DNA of 38,726 nucleotides from a virus (Duplodnaviria > Caudoviricetes). This document shows positions 8,350 to 16,769 of this stretch, piece after piece. The DNA is taken from positions 1 to 38,726 of the IMG/VR virus record IMGVR_UViG_3300020042_007044; one strand, 5' to 3'. The notes beneath the pieces were generated by a model. The model did no database searches and was not told the DNA's origin. It saw nothing but the letters and a program-made list of their open reading frames with translations. The translations under genes were made by a program, and so were the position numbers. How positions within the stretch are numbered: position 1 is the stretch's first letter; the number at the start of each line of letters is the position of its first letter.

Positions 8350-9620
8350 TACTCAGTTGCCTCTGCTACAGGTAAACCAGCAAGCCCACGAAGGTAGTTT
8401 TCTGTTTCTTCGTTTGGAGTGATAGCACCAGCAGCAGTCAACTTAGATACATAATCGGCAATCTCAGTTAATTCAACATGTGAGACTTCACTGTACTTCA
8501 ATTGAGGAGTGTTACCAGTTTTCATGCCATTGAGTTTTAACAATCTTGGAATAGCGTGGTAGTTAATTGTCTCGGCAATTGATTTACAAATAGCGTCTAC
8601 AGCCATTGTCCATAGGTCTATCTTTGATGAACCAAGTGCAAATGAGCCAACACGTTCGTGACCTAAAAGAATGAAGTCAGACAATACTGACATAGCAATA
8701 CGTTGGTCATAACGAGAAATAATCTTGTCTGTATCAAACTGACGTGAACCACCAGTAGATAACAATGTCATGTCAAATAGTTTGTGACCTTGCTCGTCAT
8801 ACATTTGAGGAAAAACAATTCCTTCTTGTTCATTACGTTTTACATTCTGAACAATGGCAGTGATTGAAGCAAGAACGGCAGCCTGTTCAGCAGTAGCATT
8901 ACTTGATAGATACTCTGGTGGTACATAAGCAACTGGCAAACCTGCTAAGTCACGCTCTACACCAATCGCTTCAATTTCTTCTAAGCGGTGTTTGAAGTAC
9001 CACGGACGATAAGCGGTACGTAGTAAAGACTTACCTTCTGGATTATTTTTTGCGGTACTTGTACGAAATAACAAAGCCTTGTCAATTGGAATACGGTGAA
9101 TACCAGCACCGTATGGGTCAACCTGTTCAAATCCTTGAATACCACCGTCAACATCAAACAACCAATTGTTATGAGTTTCTTGAGCACGTATCGCCCACTT
9201 ACGCCAACCTATTTTTCCATCTTCAAAGTTTGATTTACTTTTAGCGTCATCTGAATCTCCACCACGTTGTTTATAGACAATCTCTAAGAATGAGTAACCA
9301 TAAACAAGCATTGACAAAATCTCTGAGAGAGTGTTATCCCAAGAGTCAGACATATCATACAAAGCACTTTCAATGAACTCGGCGTTGATACGGTCAGCCT
9401 CATCATCTGTTGCTGGGGCAACATACCAGTCGAGACGAAGAATAATTTTTTCTATAGCGTAAAGGATTGAACCTACAACTGGGTCATTCTCAGACATCTC
9501 ACGATAAACTTTTGCTCCGCGACGTCCACGGAGTGCGGTGAGGAACTCTTCAAATACAGTTCCGCCAGTACGACGTAAACCTGTTGTACCAATTTCAGAT
9601 AAGTCTAATTTGTCAGCCAT
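8349..9620 (-). CDS. Portal protein (Mu gp29 / DUF935-like)
   Basis: 423 aa; 'YG.S..EIVY', 'NPEGKSLLR.AY.PWY.K', 'ERDLAGLP', 'GSFALG' motifs; upstream of MuF. Confidence 0.88.
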   Translation of the reverse strand: MADKLDLSEIGTTGLRRTGGTVFEEFLTALRGRRGAKVYREMSENDPVVGSILYAIEKIILRLDWYVAPATDDEADRINAEFIESALYDMSDSWDNTLSEILSMLVYGYSFLEIVYKQRGGDSDDAKSKSNFEDGKIGWRKWAIRAQETHNNWLFDVDGGIQGFEQVDPYGAGIHRIPIDKALLFRTSTAKNNPEGKSLLRTAYRPWYFKHRLEEIEAIGVERDLAGLPVAYVPPEYLSSNATAEQAAVLASITAIVQNVKRNEQEGIVFPQMYDEQGHKLFDMTLLSTGGSRQFDTDKIISRYDQRIAMSVLSDFILLGHERVGSFALGSSKIDLWTMAVDAICKSIAETINYHAIPRLLKLNGMKTGNTPQLKYSEVSHVELTEIADYVSKLTAAGAITPNEETENYLRGLAGLPVAEATE

Positions 9621-9623
9621 GCG

Positions 9624-9809
9624 TTAGTAATCCTTCTCGTCAGAGGTAGTACCAAACTTCATTATCTCAGCCACCAAATGTAGTGACTGTTCCTCAGTAA
9701 AGCCAGAACCAACCAAAGCATTGTACATCTCGTTCAGATGAGCAGCACTTTCTTCTAGTACAGATAGCGGCGAAGGAGCAAAGTCATTCTCTGGATTTTG
9801 TTCGGACAT
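9624..9809 (-). CDS. Hypothetical protein
   Basis: RBS GAGGAGAG before ATG 9809; 'EMYNALV.SGFTEEQSL.LV' small actinophage-type protein. Confidence 0.65.
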   Translation of the reverse strand: MSEQNPENDFAPSPLSVLEESAAHLNEMYNALVGSGFTEEQSLHLVAEIMKFGTTSDEKDY

Positions 9810-9887
9810 AGTCTCTCCTCTGGTCACAACAGTGTATCGCTTACAACGCTCGGTTGGGGTTTAAGACAAACCAAGTTACTTACCTTT

Positions 9888-10223
9888 TTAATAATTAGAT
9901 TTACCAAATAAGGACGCTTCATCATACAAAGGCACTGCCTTGATTTTGTGTAAACGACGGTAACGAACACGGTCTTTCTCTGTTGAGCCACCCCAAATGC
10001 CTTGAACATCTACCGCAATTGCATACACAAGACACTCTTGAATCCACGGACAACTGTTACAAAGTTTTTTTGCAAGTGAACCAGATTGATTTTGTGGACT
10101 TGGAAACCAAATGGTCGGGTCAACCTGAGAGCAAGTTTGCGAACCATCAAACTCTGGATATGAGGGTTGTTTCAAGGTCAACGATTCAGTAGGCAAGTCA
10201 GCACACTGAAAGAGTAAGGGCAA
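9888..10223 (-). CDS. whiB: WhiB-family Fe-S transcription factor
   Basis: Four Cys (C..VDP..WFP...AKKLCNSCP...EC) and the G(I/V)WGG turn; start codon uncertain. Confidence 0.92.
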   Translation of the reverse strand: MPLLFQCADLPTESLTLKQPSYPEFDGSQTCSQVDPTIWFPSPQNQSGSLAKKLCNSCPWIQECLVYAIAVDVQGIWGGSTEKDRVRYRRLHKIKAVPLYDEASLFGKSNY

Positions 10224-10242
10224 TCTGAGCGTAAAGCAACAA

Positions 10243-10278
10243 TCAAAACTAAAGGGGCAGATTTCTCTGCCCCCTTAG
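10243..10278 (-). terminator. Intrinsic terminator ending the accessory operon
   Basis: Minus strand CTAAGGGGGCAGA-GAAA-TCTGCCCCTTTAG followed by TTTTG. Confidence 0.8.
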
Positions 10279-10291
10279 CGAGTCATTCAAA

Positions 10292-10726
10292 CTACTCTAC
10301 AGACATCACCACAATGTGAGAATCCCTGTTGCCACTGTCAGTTGAATGTTTGTCGTAGGACATTAGGAACTCAAACTGCTCATCTGTTAGACCAAGCGTA
10401 TTACCTGCGCTAGTCATTTTAGTGGAAGTAAACGCCACATCACCAAGAATATCTATACAAGGCACTGGGTAGTGATTGTCAGAAACAAGCGACGTGACTA
10501 ATGAATTAAACGGCAGACCTTCTACGGTCTTACCTTCAGAGTTGACGTGACTTAGCAAACGGGCTTCTTCGTTGCCCCAAGCAATCAAGCCTTTCTTGTT
10601 TAGATAAATTGGTTCAACTAAACCACTGACAATCTTTTGAAATAGTTTTAACCAGTTATCAGAAGTGAACTCACCGAAAGACTTTGTTCCGTCTGAATGG
10701 AATGTCACAAACTTTTGTGGCTTCAT
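10292..10726 (-). CDS. DUF3846-like protein
   Basis: 'Q..V.G.VE.....NEE.....LPFN...ILGDV.FT' pattern. Confidence 0.65.
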   Translation of the reverse strand: MKPQKFVTFHSDGTKSFGEFTSDNWLKLFQKIVSGLVEPIYLNKKGLIAWGNEEARLLSHVNSEGKTVEGLPFNSLVTSLVSDNHYPVPCIDILGDVAFTSTKMTSAGNTLGLTDEQFEFLMSYDKHSTDSGNRDSHIVVMSVE

Positions 10727-10908
10727 AGAGCACCAGTTTCAAGCAAGAACTTGGGGAGAACCTCTGCCTGAATAGCGAAGTCACCAGCACTTACACTTTT
10801 GTTTTGTAAGTCAGAACGTAATAAATCTAAAGCCTTTTCAATTGCTTGCTCAGTATCCTGTCCTTCAACACGATAGGTAAGCGTTACATTTACGGCAAAT
10901 ACGGACAT
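10723..10908 (-). CDS. Hypothetical protein
   Basis: 61-aa ORF, ATGA overlap with the next gene. Confidence 0.65.
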   Translation of the reverse strand: MSVFAVNVTLTYRVEGQDTEQAIEKALDLLRSDLQNKSVSAGDFAIQAEVLPKFLLETGAL

Positions 10909-10909
10909 G

Positions 10910-11227
10910 TCACACCCTTTCTAATGGGACGGCTGGGAACTGAACACGTAAAGAGTCAATAAAGTCAAAGCACCATTTACGGAATGGCTCGCTTTCATAT
11001 CCTTCTTGACCTTGCGTACAGTTATGAACAATACGGGTGACCTGACGTACAGCATCTTGCTCTGACTCTGCTAATACAAAGCCATAACGAGCAACATTCT
11101 CACTGCTCTGACTTGCCATTACAGTTGCGAACGTCAATTTGTATTTGAAGTGATTGGGCTGATTAGCAAACTTTTTTACAGATACGTAACCAGTTTTCTC
11201 ATCTTCATTCTGGACTTTGACTTTCAT
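10910..11227 (-). CDS. Hypothetical protein
   Basis: 105-aa ORF, RBS GAGGTG, coupled to upstream ORF. Confidence 0.65.
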   Translation of the reverse strand: MKVKVQNEDEKTGYVSVKKFANQPNHFKYKLTFATVMASQSSENVARYGFVLAESEQDAVRQVTRIVHNCTQGQEGYESEPFRKWCFDFIDSLRVQFPAVPLERV

Positions 11228-11472
11228 GCAGTCACCTCGTTGCTTGAGAAGGTAAAACGGTTGTCAAGTGACCAACCGTGTTGGATAAGTGTTACGGCAA
11301 TTACATTTATCATTTCATTGTCTATGTAAGTCGCCGTTGGGTCTTTGATGAGAAGTGTCGCTCTTGCGTCATCTCTCAACATCTCTCTGACCTTCTCGGA
11401 CATCAGGGAAAATGTCTCTAAAGCGTCTACAGAGTCAAACACCTTTGAAGGGTTTGTGTTTTCTAAAGTCAT
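11224..11472 (-). CDS. Hypothetical protein (start revised to 11472)
   Basis: RBS GAGGAG before ATG 11472; promoter at 11507-11535 lies within the longer track ORF. Confidence 0.6.
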   Translation of the reverse strand: MTLENTNPSKVFDSVDALETFSLMSEKVREMLRDDARATLLIKDPTATYIDNEMINVIAVTLIQHGWSLDNRFTFSSNEVTA

Positions 11473-11506
11473 CTCGGATTGCTCCTCTCTATGAGTGACT
11501 TCACCC

Positions 11507-11535
11507 ATTCTGCCGTAACTGGGGTTAGGTGTAAA
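11507..11535 (-). promoter_or_regulatory. Sigma-A-type promoter with TAAC-N4-GTTA operator in the spacer
   Basis: TTTACA-17 nt (CCTAACCCCAGTTACGG)-CAGAAT. Confidence 0.7.
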
Positions 11536-11690
11536 GCCAGCAGGTCTGTGGGTGTGTTTCATGAGGCGTTGCGGTCTCTGGAAGCGTTTATCAGCCTTTG
11601 AGCCTTCGGGGTAGGTAAAGGTATTACCCGACCTACGAAAGTGCCTCTTACGGCTTCCTGTGCCTTCATGCTTAGGCTCTACGGATAAGC

Positions 11691-12134
11691 CTAGAAAGGA
11701 AAGTCCTCTTTCGGGTCGGGGTTACTCGACCAAGAATCAACAGGGAACGCTTGCTCTGGTTTATTGCGAGGCAAACCACTACCTAAGCCTTTCTGAATCT
11801 TTACAGGCGCTCGCCCTAACTCCACAGCAAACTTCTGGGCTGTGACTTCTACAGACGTACGCTTCTGTCCGTCACGTCCTTCCCAAGAACGCTCAGCAGC
11901 AGTACCTACAATAATTACTGAGTCGCCTTTCTGCACTGAGTCGGCTACGTGTTCAGCAGCCCTGTCCCAGACGGTTACTTTCCAAAACGTAGTGTCGGAT
12001 TCTTCCCAAACACCATTTACGTTCTTTTTTTTACTTGTTACAACATTGACGGTACATAGTGCTTTCCCAGAAGGCAGGAACTTTAGTTCGGGGTCTGCCG
12101 TGAGATTTCCTATTAACGTGATTTGCGCTGACAT
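11691..12134 (-). CDS. ssb: Single-stranded DNA-binding protein (actinobacterial type)
   Basis: 'IT.IGNLTADPELKF.PSG' OB-fold start; acidic C-terminal D-F-P-F. Confidence 0.95.
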   Translation of the reverse strand: MSAQITLIGNLTADPELKFLPSGKALCTVNVVTSKKKNVNGVWEESDTTFWKVTVWDRAAEHVADSVQKGDSVIIVGTAAERSWEGRDGQKRTSVEVTAQKFAVELGRAPVKIQKGLGSGLPRNKPEQAFPVDSWSSNPDPKEDFPF

Positions 12135-12167
12135 GTTTCTCCTTTGGGTGTATGTGGGGGTCTTACA

Positions 12168-12296
12168 TTAACGCCTACGACTGACAGAGTCATGCACTTT
12201 TGAAAGGATTTCACAGACGCTACAGACCTGCTCTCCCAATAGCCACTGACCACACTTAGAACAACGGTGTGGTTCTCTTACAGCATAGTTATCCAT
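12168..12296 (-). CDS. Small Zn-ribbon protein (42 aa)
   Basis: Manual translation: MDNYAVREPHRCSKCGQWLLGEQVCSVCEILSKVHDSVSRRR. Confidence 0.5.
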   Translation of the reverse strand: MDNYAVREPHRCSKCGQWLLGEQVCSVCEILSKVHDSVSRRR

Positions 12297-12310
12297 CTTA
12301 GTCTTTTCTC

Positions 12311-12415
12311 TTAGTAGCGACCTTTGACAAGGCGTTCATACGTTGTAACGAAGTTACGCCACTGTTGGATTTCTTTTTTCTGTTTACGAAATCGTCTTAG
12401 TTTTTTCCAAAACAC
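12311..12415 (-). CDS. Small basic protein (34 aa)
   Basis: GTG overlaps the upstream TAG; MFWKKLRRFRKQKKEIQQWRNF... Confidence 0.4.
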   Translation of the reverse strand: MFWKKLRRFRKQKKEIQQWRNFVTTYERLVKGRY

Positions 12416-12894
12416 TAATACCACCCCCCAACCATGTCTGCTCCAGCCTGACGTTGCCAGAATGTCCAAGCGTCACAAGGATTGAGATAACGGTGCTGAA
12501 TATAGTCAAGCCCACGACGCACCTGCTCTTTGGGTGGAGTCTCTGGGTCAAGTCCTAAGATTTGCGGAATACCGCCAGCAAATACAATTTTGTCACCTAC
12601 TTTTATAGGAATCTTTGACAAAGCCTTATGACGCCAATTGCTTTCTTTTGTCCACAATTGCTCAAGGCATAGATACTGATTACTGCTCCAGCCGTAATCA
12701 CTTAGTAATTTACGAGCATAATCTTTTGAATCTTCAGGTTGCCAATTCTGTAGGACAACTTCTTGAACTACTTGCGCTCTGACTCTGTCATCTGCAACAG
12801 CAGAAGGCTCTTTCATGGTTATCTGAGCAAACCCGAATAATGACAAAGCAATAAAGTTAATCAGTACAAACTCTCCACGTGGGGTTAAACGCAT
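12415..12894 (-). CDS. Secreted/anchored lysozyme-fold transglycosylase (SLT/Apf-like)
   Basis: N-terminal hydrophobic segment; 'CL..LW.KES.WR...GIPQ...Q...GL.YI..RY..PC.AW' motif. Confidence 0.8.
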   Translation of the reverse strand: MRLTPRGEFVLINFIALSLFGFAQITMKEPSAVADDRVRAQVVQEVVLQNWQPEDSKDYARKLLSDYGWSSNQYLCLEQLWTKESNWRHKALSKIPIKVGDKIVFAGGIPQILGLDPETPPKEQVRRGLDYIQHRYLNPCDAWTFWQRQAGADMVGGWY

Positions 12895-12924
12895 ACGTTT
12901 ACCTTTCTTTTGTGGTAACTCCCA

Positions 12925-12936
12925 TAACGGGGGTTA
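12925..12936. promoter_or_regulatory. TAAC-N4-GTTA operator upstream of transglycosylase
   Basis: TAACGGGGGTTA, intergenic, about 30 nt before the ATG. Confidence 0.65.
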
Positions 12937-12975
12937 CTCCAAGATTGCCATAGATACGACTGAATTACTATCCTT

Positions 12976-13488
12976 TCAAACGATTGATTGTTGAGTAAAT
13001 GAAGGAGCGATAGGCGGTGACCATGTATCGCTTGGATAATCGCGTACAGCGATTGTTGTTTTACCATCTGAGTATTGAGTCACTAACACTTCCTTACCAA
13101 GCAGTTGAAACACAGACGAGGTTATCGTCTTTGTTTTTAGTCGCTTGTTTTTTGGAGTCTCAGTTGGGCGGAAAAAAACCCAATCAGGTGAGACATAGAT
13201 TTTACACCCGTTCCTAGTAGCGGTGAGTCTCTCTATCTTTCCTGCTAAGTGTAACACGCTAAGTACACCACTAGCAGTTCCGTGATGGACTTTGAATCGT
13301 TCGCTAAGTTCTTGCCAAGTTACGCCAAAATCTTCTGCTTCGGCAATCATGGTTAAAGCACCACGCTGAAAGTCAGATGTCTTTCCTGAACTATCTAACT
13401 TGCGAGCACGTTCAGCAGATGTACTACTTCCACTGTGACCTGATGTGCCAGCGTACGGCAAAACTACATCATCTCTCTGGTTGCTCAT
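12976..13488 (-). CDS. Winged-helix DNA-binding protein
   Basis: 'GVTWQELS....HHGTASGVLSVLH..G.I.RL' wHTH-like core. Confidence 0.65.
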   Translation of the reverse strand: MSNQRDDVVLPYAGTSGHSGSSTSAERARKLDSSGKTSDFQRGALTMIAEAEDFGVTWQELSERFKVHHGTASGVLSVLHLAGKIERLTATRNGCKIYVSPDWVFFRPTETPKNKRLKTKTITSSVFQLLGKEVLVTQYSDGKTTIAVRDYPSDTWSPPIAPSFTQQSIV

Positions 13489-13531
13489 TTAGCACCACCT
13501 TTCACATTTAGTGTAGGTGACTCTACCGACA

Positions 13532-13561
13532 ACTTTACGGATTTGTAAGTGAGTGTTTCAA
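13532..13561 (-). promoter_or_regulatory. Putative promoter
   Basis: TTGAAA-18 nt-TAAAGT upstream of 13488. Confidence 0.5.
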
Positions 13562-13647
13562 CGGTAACGAAACGTTATGTACAAAAGGGAAAACCAGGTA
13601 AACAGTTGAGCCTGAATCGCCAGGTAACAAAAGGTTACAAAAGGTAA

Positions 13648-13785
13648 CTAACAACTTGAGCAGTAGTTATACACTCTCATATTTTCAAAACCAATGGTGT
13701 AATTCTTTCCACAACGGTAGCACTTAACACTTATGTGCTCTGTCTGTTTTTCAGCACGCTTAATTTCTAAACCAAAGAGAACCAA
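13648..13785 (-). CDS. Small Zn-ribbon protein (start revised to TTG 13785)
   Basis: RBS GAAAGGAG just before TTG; CYRC...CSSC. Confidence 0.5.
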   Translation of the reverse strand: MVLFGLEIKRAEKQTEHISVKCYRCGKNYTIGFENMRVYNYCSSC

Positions 13786-13923
13786 GTTACTCCTTTCAGG
13801 GGTCAGCAAATAGATGTTCCGTGTTCGCACGTAGCGGAACTACCCACGCCCACATAAAGAACGACACTGGTGATGAAACCAGCGAGGAAACTCTTACGTC
13901 GCCTCTATTGCGAATCCCACCGC

Positions 13924-14091
13924 TTATGAGTCAGTAGGAATCTTATCTTTAATTACTTCAATGCTTCCAAGTTCTCCATACCACTGTACGGCAGAAGCAA
14001 GACCGAGATAACCGTTTACTGTTAAGCCAACATCACTTGACGGGTCGGCATACTGGTCTTTAACGACAACACTTACATTTACAAGAGTCAT
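13924..14091 (-). CDS. Hypothetical protein (55 aa)
   Basis: Manual translation MTLVNVSVVVKDQYADP...; RBS GAAAGGG; own promoter upstream. Confidence 0.55.
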   Translation of the reverse strand: MTLVNVSVVVKDQYADPSSDVGLTVNGYLGLASAVQWYGELGSIEVIKDKIPTDS

Positions 14092-14110
14092 CTAGTTCCC
14101 CTTTCTGGGA

Positions 14111-14153
14111 ATTACAGGATAACCCAGATTAGGTTGCCAGCCAATAGGGGTTA
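14111..14153 (-). promoter_or_regulatory. Promoter with tandem TAAC-N4-GTTA-like operators
   Basis: TGGCAA-17 nt (CCTAATCTGGGTTATCC)-TGTAAT; second degenerate site at 14142-14153. Confidence 0.6.
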
Positions 14154-14168
14154 GGTGCGTGTCGCTTT

Positions 14169-14294
14169 TTATATGTTGAGTGGTACATCAGTTGCATCTG
14201 CTACGGCAATCCAAACAAAACCTTCTTGGTGACGAGTTATTTGTCCAAGAATCTGAAACCATACATCATCAACTTCTGCTGTTATTACTTTCAT
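14169..14294 (-). CDS. Hypothetical protein (41 aa)
   Basis: RBS AAGGGAG before ATG 14294. Confidence 0.45.
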   Translation of the reverse strand: MKVITAEVDDVWFQILGQITRHQEGFVWIAVADATDVPLNI

Positions 14295-14766
14295 TGTCAC
14301 TCCCTTCATACGGTCTTTGTACAGCCTTTGCAACGTCCTCTTTTGTAAAACCAGCGGCTTCAATCAACTTCAGAAGTGCTGGGTCGTCACTGTTGTCGGC
14401 AACCAAACGTCCCTGTCGCCAAGTGAATGGTGTGCTCTGACCTTCAGGCAACACCCAGATGTGATACTGATTGGCAGTATCAACAAGTTGGCTTTCAGGC
14501 GGAAAGATGTCAATGCCTTCTCGCTCTACACCAGCAAGTTCATTCTTGATTCTTTGTAAATGACGCCAATCACGAATCGCTCTGCGGTCATTATGTTTGA
14601 CGGACAACCACATAGCACCTGCTTCACCAAGTTCTGGTTGTAACAATTTCTTTTCAACCGTGTAAAACTTGTTACGCCAAAGCGACGTATGTTCTTCTAA
14701 GTCAATATGAACACCATTACGCAAGGCAAAGGCTGGCTGGAACTTATCCCAAGTCGGCTTTGTCAT
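14269..14766 (-). CDS. Conserved phage protein (DUF7694-like)
   Basis: 'DWR.LQRIKNEL.G.E.E.I.IFP.ES.LVD.AN.YH.W' motif. Confidence 0.7.
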   Translation of the reverse strand: MTKPTWDKFQPAFALRNGVHIDLEEHTSLWRNKFYTVEKKLLQPELGEAGAMWLSVKHNDRRAIRDWRHLQRIKNELAGVEREGIDIFPPESQLVDTANQYHIWVLPEGQSTPFTWRQGRLVADNSDDPALLKLIEAAGFTKEDVAKAVQRPYEGSDNESNNSRS

Positions 14767-15470
14767 ACGTCCCACCAAGTATCTATAACTGAATAGTCAG
14801 TGATAATCACTTCTTGTTCATTACGGTCTAAGAAAACAGCAACAACTTTTTCTTTATCTACAGTCAATTGGATAACAATTGGATTAGGTTTATCAAGACG
14901 CTTAGCAAAGAACTTTGCCTTGTCTTTGTCAAAAGTCCAAGACAAACCAATCTCATTGACTCCTCTTTGACAACCTCGCCAAACGGTTACCTTCTCAGGC
15001 ATTTGTTTGTAAACATGATAACTGAGTTCGTCCATCATAAATCGTTTGTGTTCTCTTTCTGACTTGAACAGTTCTCTCCACACGTTGAGATTCTGCCAAG
15101 AGTTTTCTGTATCTGTCCAAATGGCTGACAACAATTCCCAATACTGACGGTCAGATAACTTGTCAACAATCTCTACAAATGCGTCAAGTCTGTAAGGTCT
15201 TTCATGTAGCCACACGTACTGACGCCACAAACCTTCAGCGAGGGCTTTCTCTACAGACTCTTGTTTGAACTTGAATAAACGGTTTGCGCCACCATTGTTA
15301 ATTAACGGCACTTGATACAACAACGGGTGACGTAGTTGCTCGCCCATTGAACCCTGCTCTAAGTATGGAACTAACTCAGGCAGTAATTCTTCAGACAATT
15401 CTTGCTTCATACGGTCTACGTACTCATGGAAGTCGGGCAACTTTGGTTTGTCTTTTATGCTGTCAGTCAT
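14763..15470 (-). CDS. Protein with C-terminal ADP-ribosyltransferase-like (R-S-ExE) domain
   Basis: V-W-R-G ... G-L-S-W-T ... N-E-Q-E-V-I motifs in canonical order. Confidence 0.6.
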   Translation of the reverse strand: MTDSIKDKPKLPDFHEYVDRMKQELSEELLPELVPYLEQGSMGEQLRHPLLYQVPLINNGGANRLFKFKQESVEKALAEGLWRQYVWLHERPYRLDAFVEIVDKLSDRQYWELLSAIWTDTENSWQNLNVWRELFKSEREHKRFMMDELSYHVYKQMPEKVTVWRGCQRGVNEIGLSWTFDKDKAKFFAKRLDKPNPIVIQLTVDKEKVVAVFLDRNEQEVIITDYSVIDTWWDV

Positions 15471-15604
15471 TTGATTACCAACCAACCGTTGAGAACAAAG
15501 ATGTAACAGTAAACAAAACCAAGACAGAACAGAAAGCCTCGGCTTGCAATCAGGCGGTCAATGTCAGACCATAAAGTTCTACGCTCTTTGACTTCTTCAC
15601 ACAT
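15467..15604 (-). CDS. Small membrane protein (45 aa)
   Basis: Manual translation; hydrophobic FLFCLGFVYCYIFVL segment; overlaps both neighbours. Confidence 0.5.
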   Translation of the reverse strand: MCEEVKERRTLWSDIDRLIASRGFLFCLGFVYCYIFVLNGWLVIK

Positions 15605-16017
15605 CAGAACACCTCGCTCTCTTCAGCCTCTACGCCAAAAGTCTCGGCATAGAGATTCCTGCCTTCAATCCAGTCAGACCAATTACCATCTGACTTGACT
15701 GTGAACGCTTCACCAAGTCCACGCTTGAGAGCGATAAGAATGGCTGTGACTACAGCGTCATAAGGACGCTGACCAGTTTTACAAAATGATGAGGCTTCAC
15801 CAAGTTCTAAAACAAATGACTCGTAGCCATATTGTGCAAAGCCATTCAGAGCAATTACCGAATCTGTTACTTCCGGCAAACCTTGACCACCAGAATTACC
15901 AATCGGTATTCCAGCGTCATCTGCTGTCTTGATTATCAACGCGGCATCTTTTGTAAACGACGCGAACTTTGCAGAATCAACTTCTTGAACTTGATTCCAG
16001 TAGTGCGTATATCCCAT
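15604..16017 (-). CDS. Conserved hypothetical protein (MGYTHYW family)
   Basis: MGYTHYW...FCKT..RPYD.VVTA.LI motif. Confidence 0.7.
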   Translation of the reverse strand: MGYTHYWNQVQEVDSAKFASFTKDAALIIKTADDAGIPIGNSGGQGLPEVTDSVIALNGFAQYGYESFVLELGEASSFCKTGQRPYDAVVTAILIALKRGLGEAFTVKSDGNWSDWIEGRNLYAETFGVEAEESEVF

Positions 16018-16018
16018 T

Positions 16019-16285
16019 TCAGTTTCCTCTCATAGTGGTTGAGTTAGCACTTACATTACCAGATAAATCCCTTACAACAATTAAGTCAACGAGTTCATTG
16101 ACACAGTTCTGGAGGTTCTCATCAGCAGCAACAGTTGAGTCCATCAACGTTGGGTGTTCGCCAATAATTCTCAACAGTAGGGCGACATACCACTCACCCT
16201 GCTCGCCAAGACTGGACTGATTGTGCCTTAACAAGTCAGAGGCGTTAAGAACAGCGGCTCGTTGCTCTTTTTGGAATTGAGTCAT
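16019..16285 (-). CDS. Hypothetical protein
   Basis: 88-aa ORF, coupled to neighbours. Confidence 0.6.
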   Translation of the reverse strand: MTQFQKEQRAAVLNASDLLRHNQSSLGEQGEWYVALLLRIIGEHPTLMDSTVAADENLQNCVNELVDLIVVRDLSGNVSANSTTMRGN

Positions 16286-16590
16286 TATTCGTCCTCCCCA
16301 AAAAACTGCCCAATCAACGTTTCAAAACCAGCATTGGGATTTTCCTTATTTGTAGACACAGCGTCTATAAAGACTAGGTCGCAAGAATCGGCAAACCATT
16401 CCAAGATGGTGGCGAACATTTGTTCGGCATCTTTCTGGTCTTTAGTTATTGGTTCATAACCATAACCAATCATCTTTCCTAGTTCTACGTCGTCCATTAC
16501 GACATAAATCTTGTGGCAACCGTCCCAAGCAATCGCCTTTGCGGTTTCTAATCTTGCTTGAACTGGACTGAAATCAACAACATGATTCAT
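16285..16590 (-). CDS. Hypothetical protein
   Basis: 101-aa ORF with 'IAWDGCHKIY' motif; coupled. Confidence 0.65.
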   Translation of the reverse strand: MNHVVDFSPVQARLETAKAIAWDGCHKIYVVMDDVELGKMIGYGYEPITKDQKDAEQMFATILEWFADSCDLVFIDAVSTNKENPNAGFETLIGQFFGEDE

Positions 16591-16769
16591 TACAGGTCTC
16601 CCATCTCTGCATCAGCCATACGGCTCATTCCGAGATACCGAGTGGTATCAATTGTCAGGTCAGCACACCAGATGCAGACTTTCCCAAAACGCTCTCTGAA
16701 GTACGGGTCATTGAACGCTTCATTGGATAGTGCCTCACACGCCAAGCACTTGTATGTCTTATTAGCCAT
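16590..16769 (-). CDS. Small Zn-binding protein (59 aa)
   Basis: Manual translation: MANKTYKCLAC...VCIWC...; TAATG overlaps on both sides. Confidence 0.6.
   Translation of the reverse strand: MANKTYKCLACEALSNEAFNDPYFRERFGKVCIWCADLTIDTTRYLGMSRMADAEMGDL

Noticed and set aside
11559-11669. 36-aa ORF and the extended 11562 start of the next gene
   Set aside because: No clear RBS; a promoter/operator at 11507-11535 and an RBS at 11472 explain the region better
13866-13895. Possible hammerhead ribozyme (TGATGA...GAAA)
   Set aside because: Core reads GTGATGA rather than CTGATGA, and the flanking stems do not fit the topology
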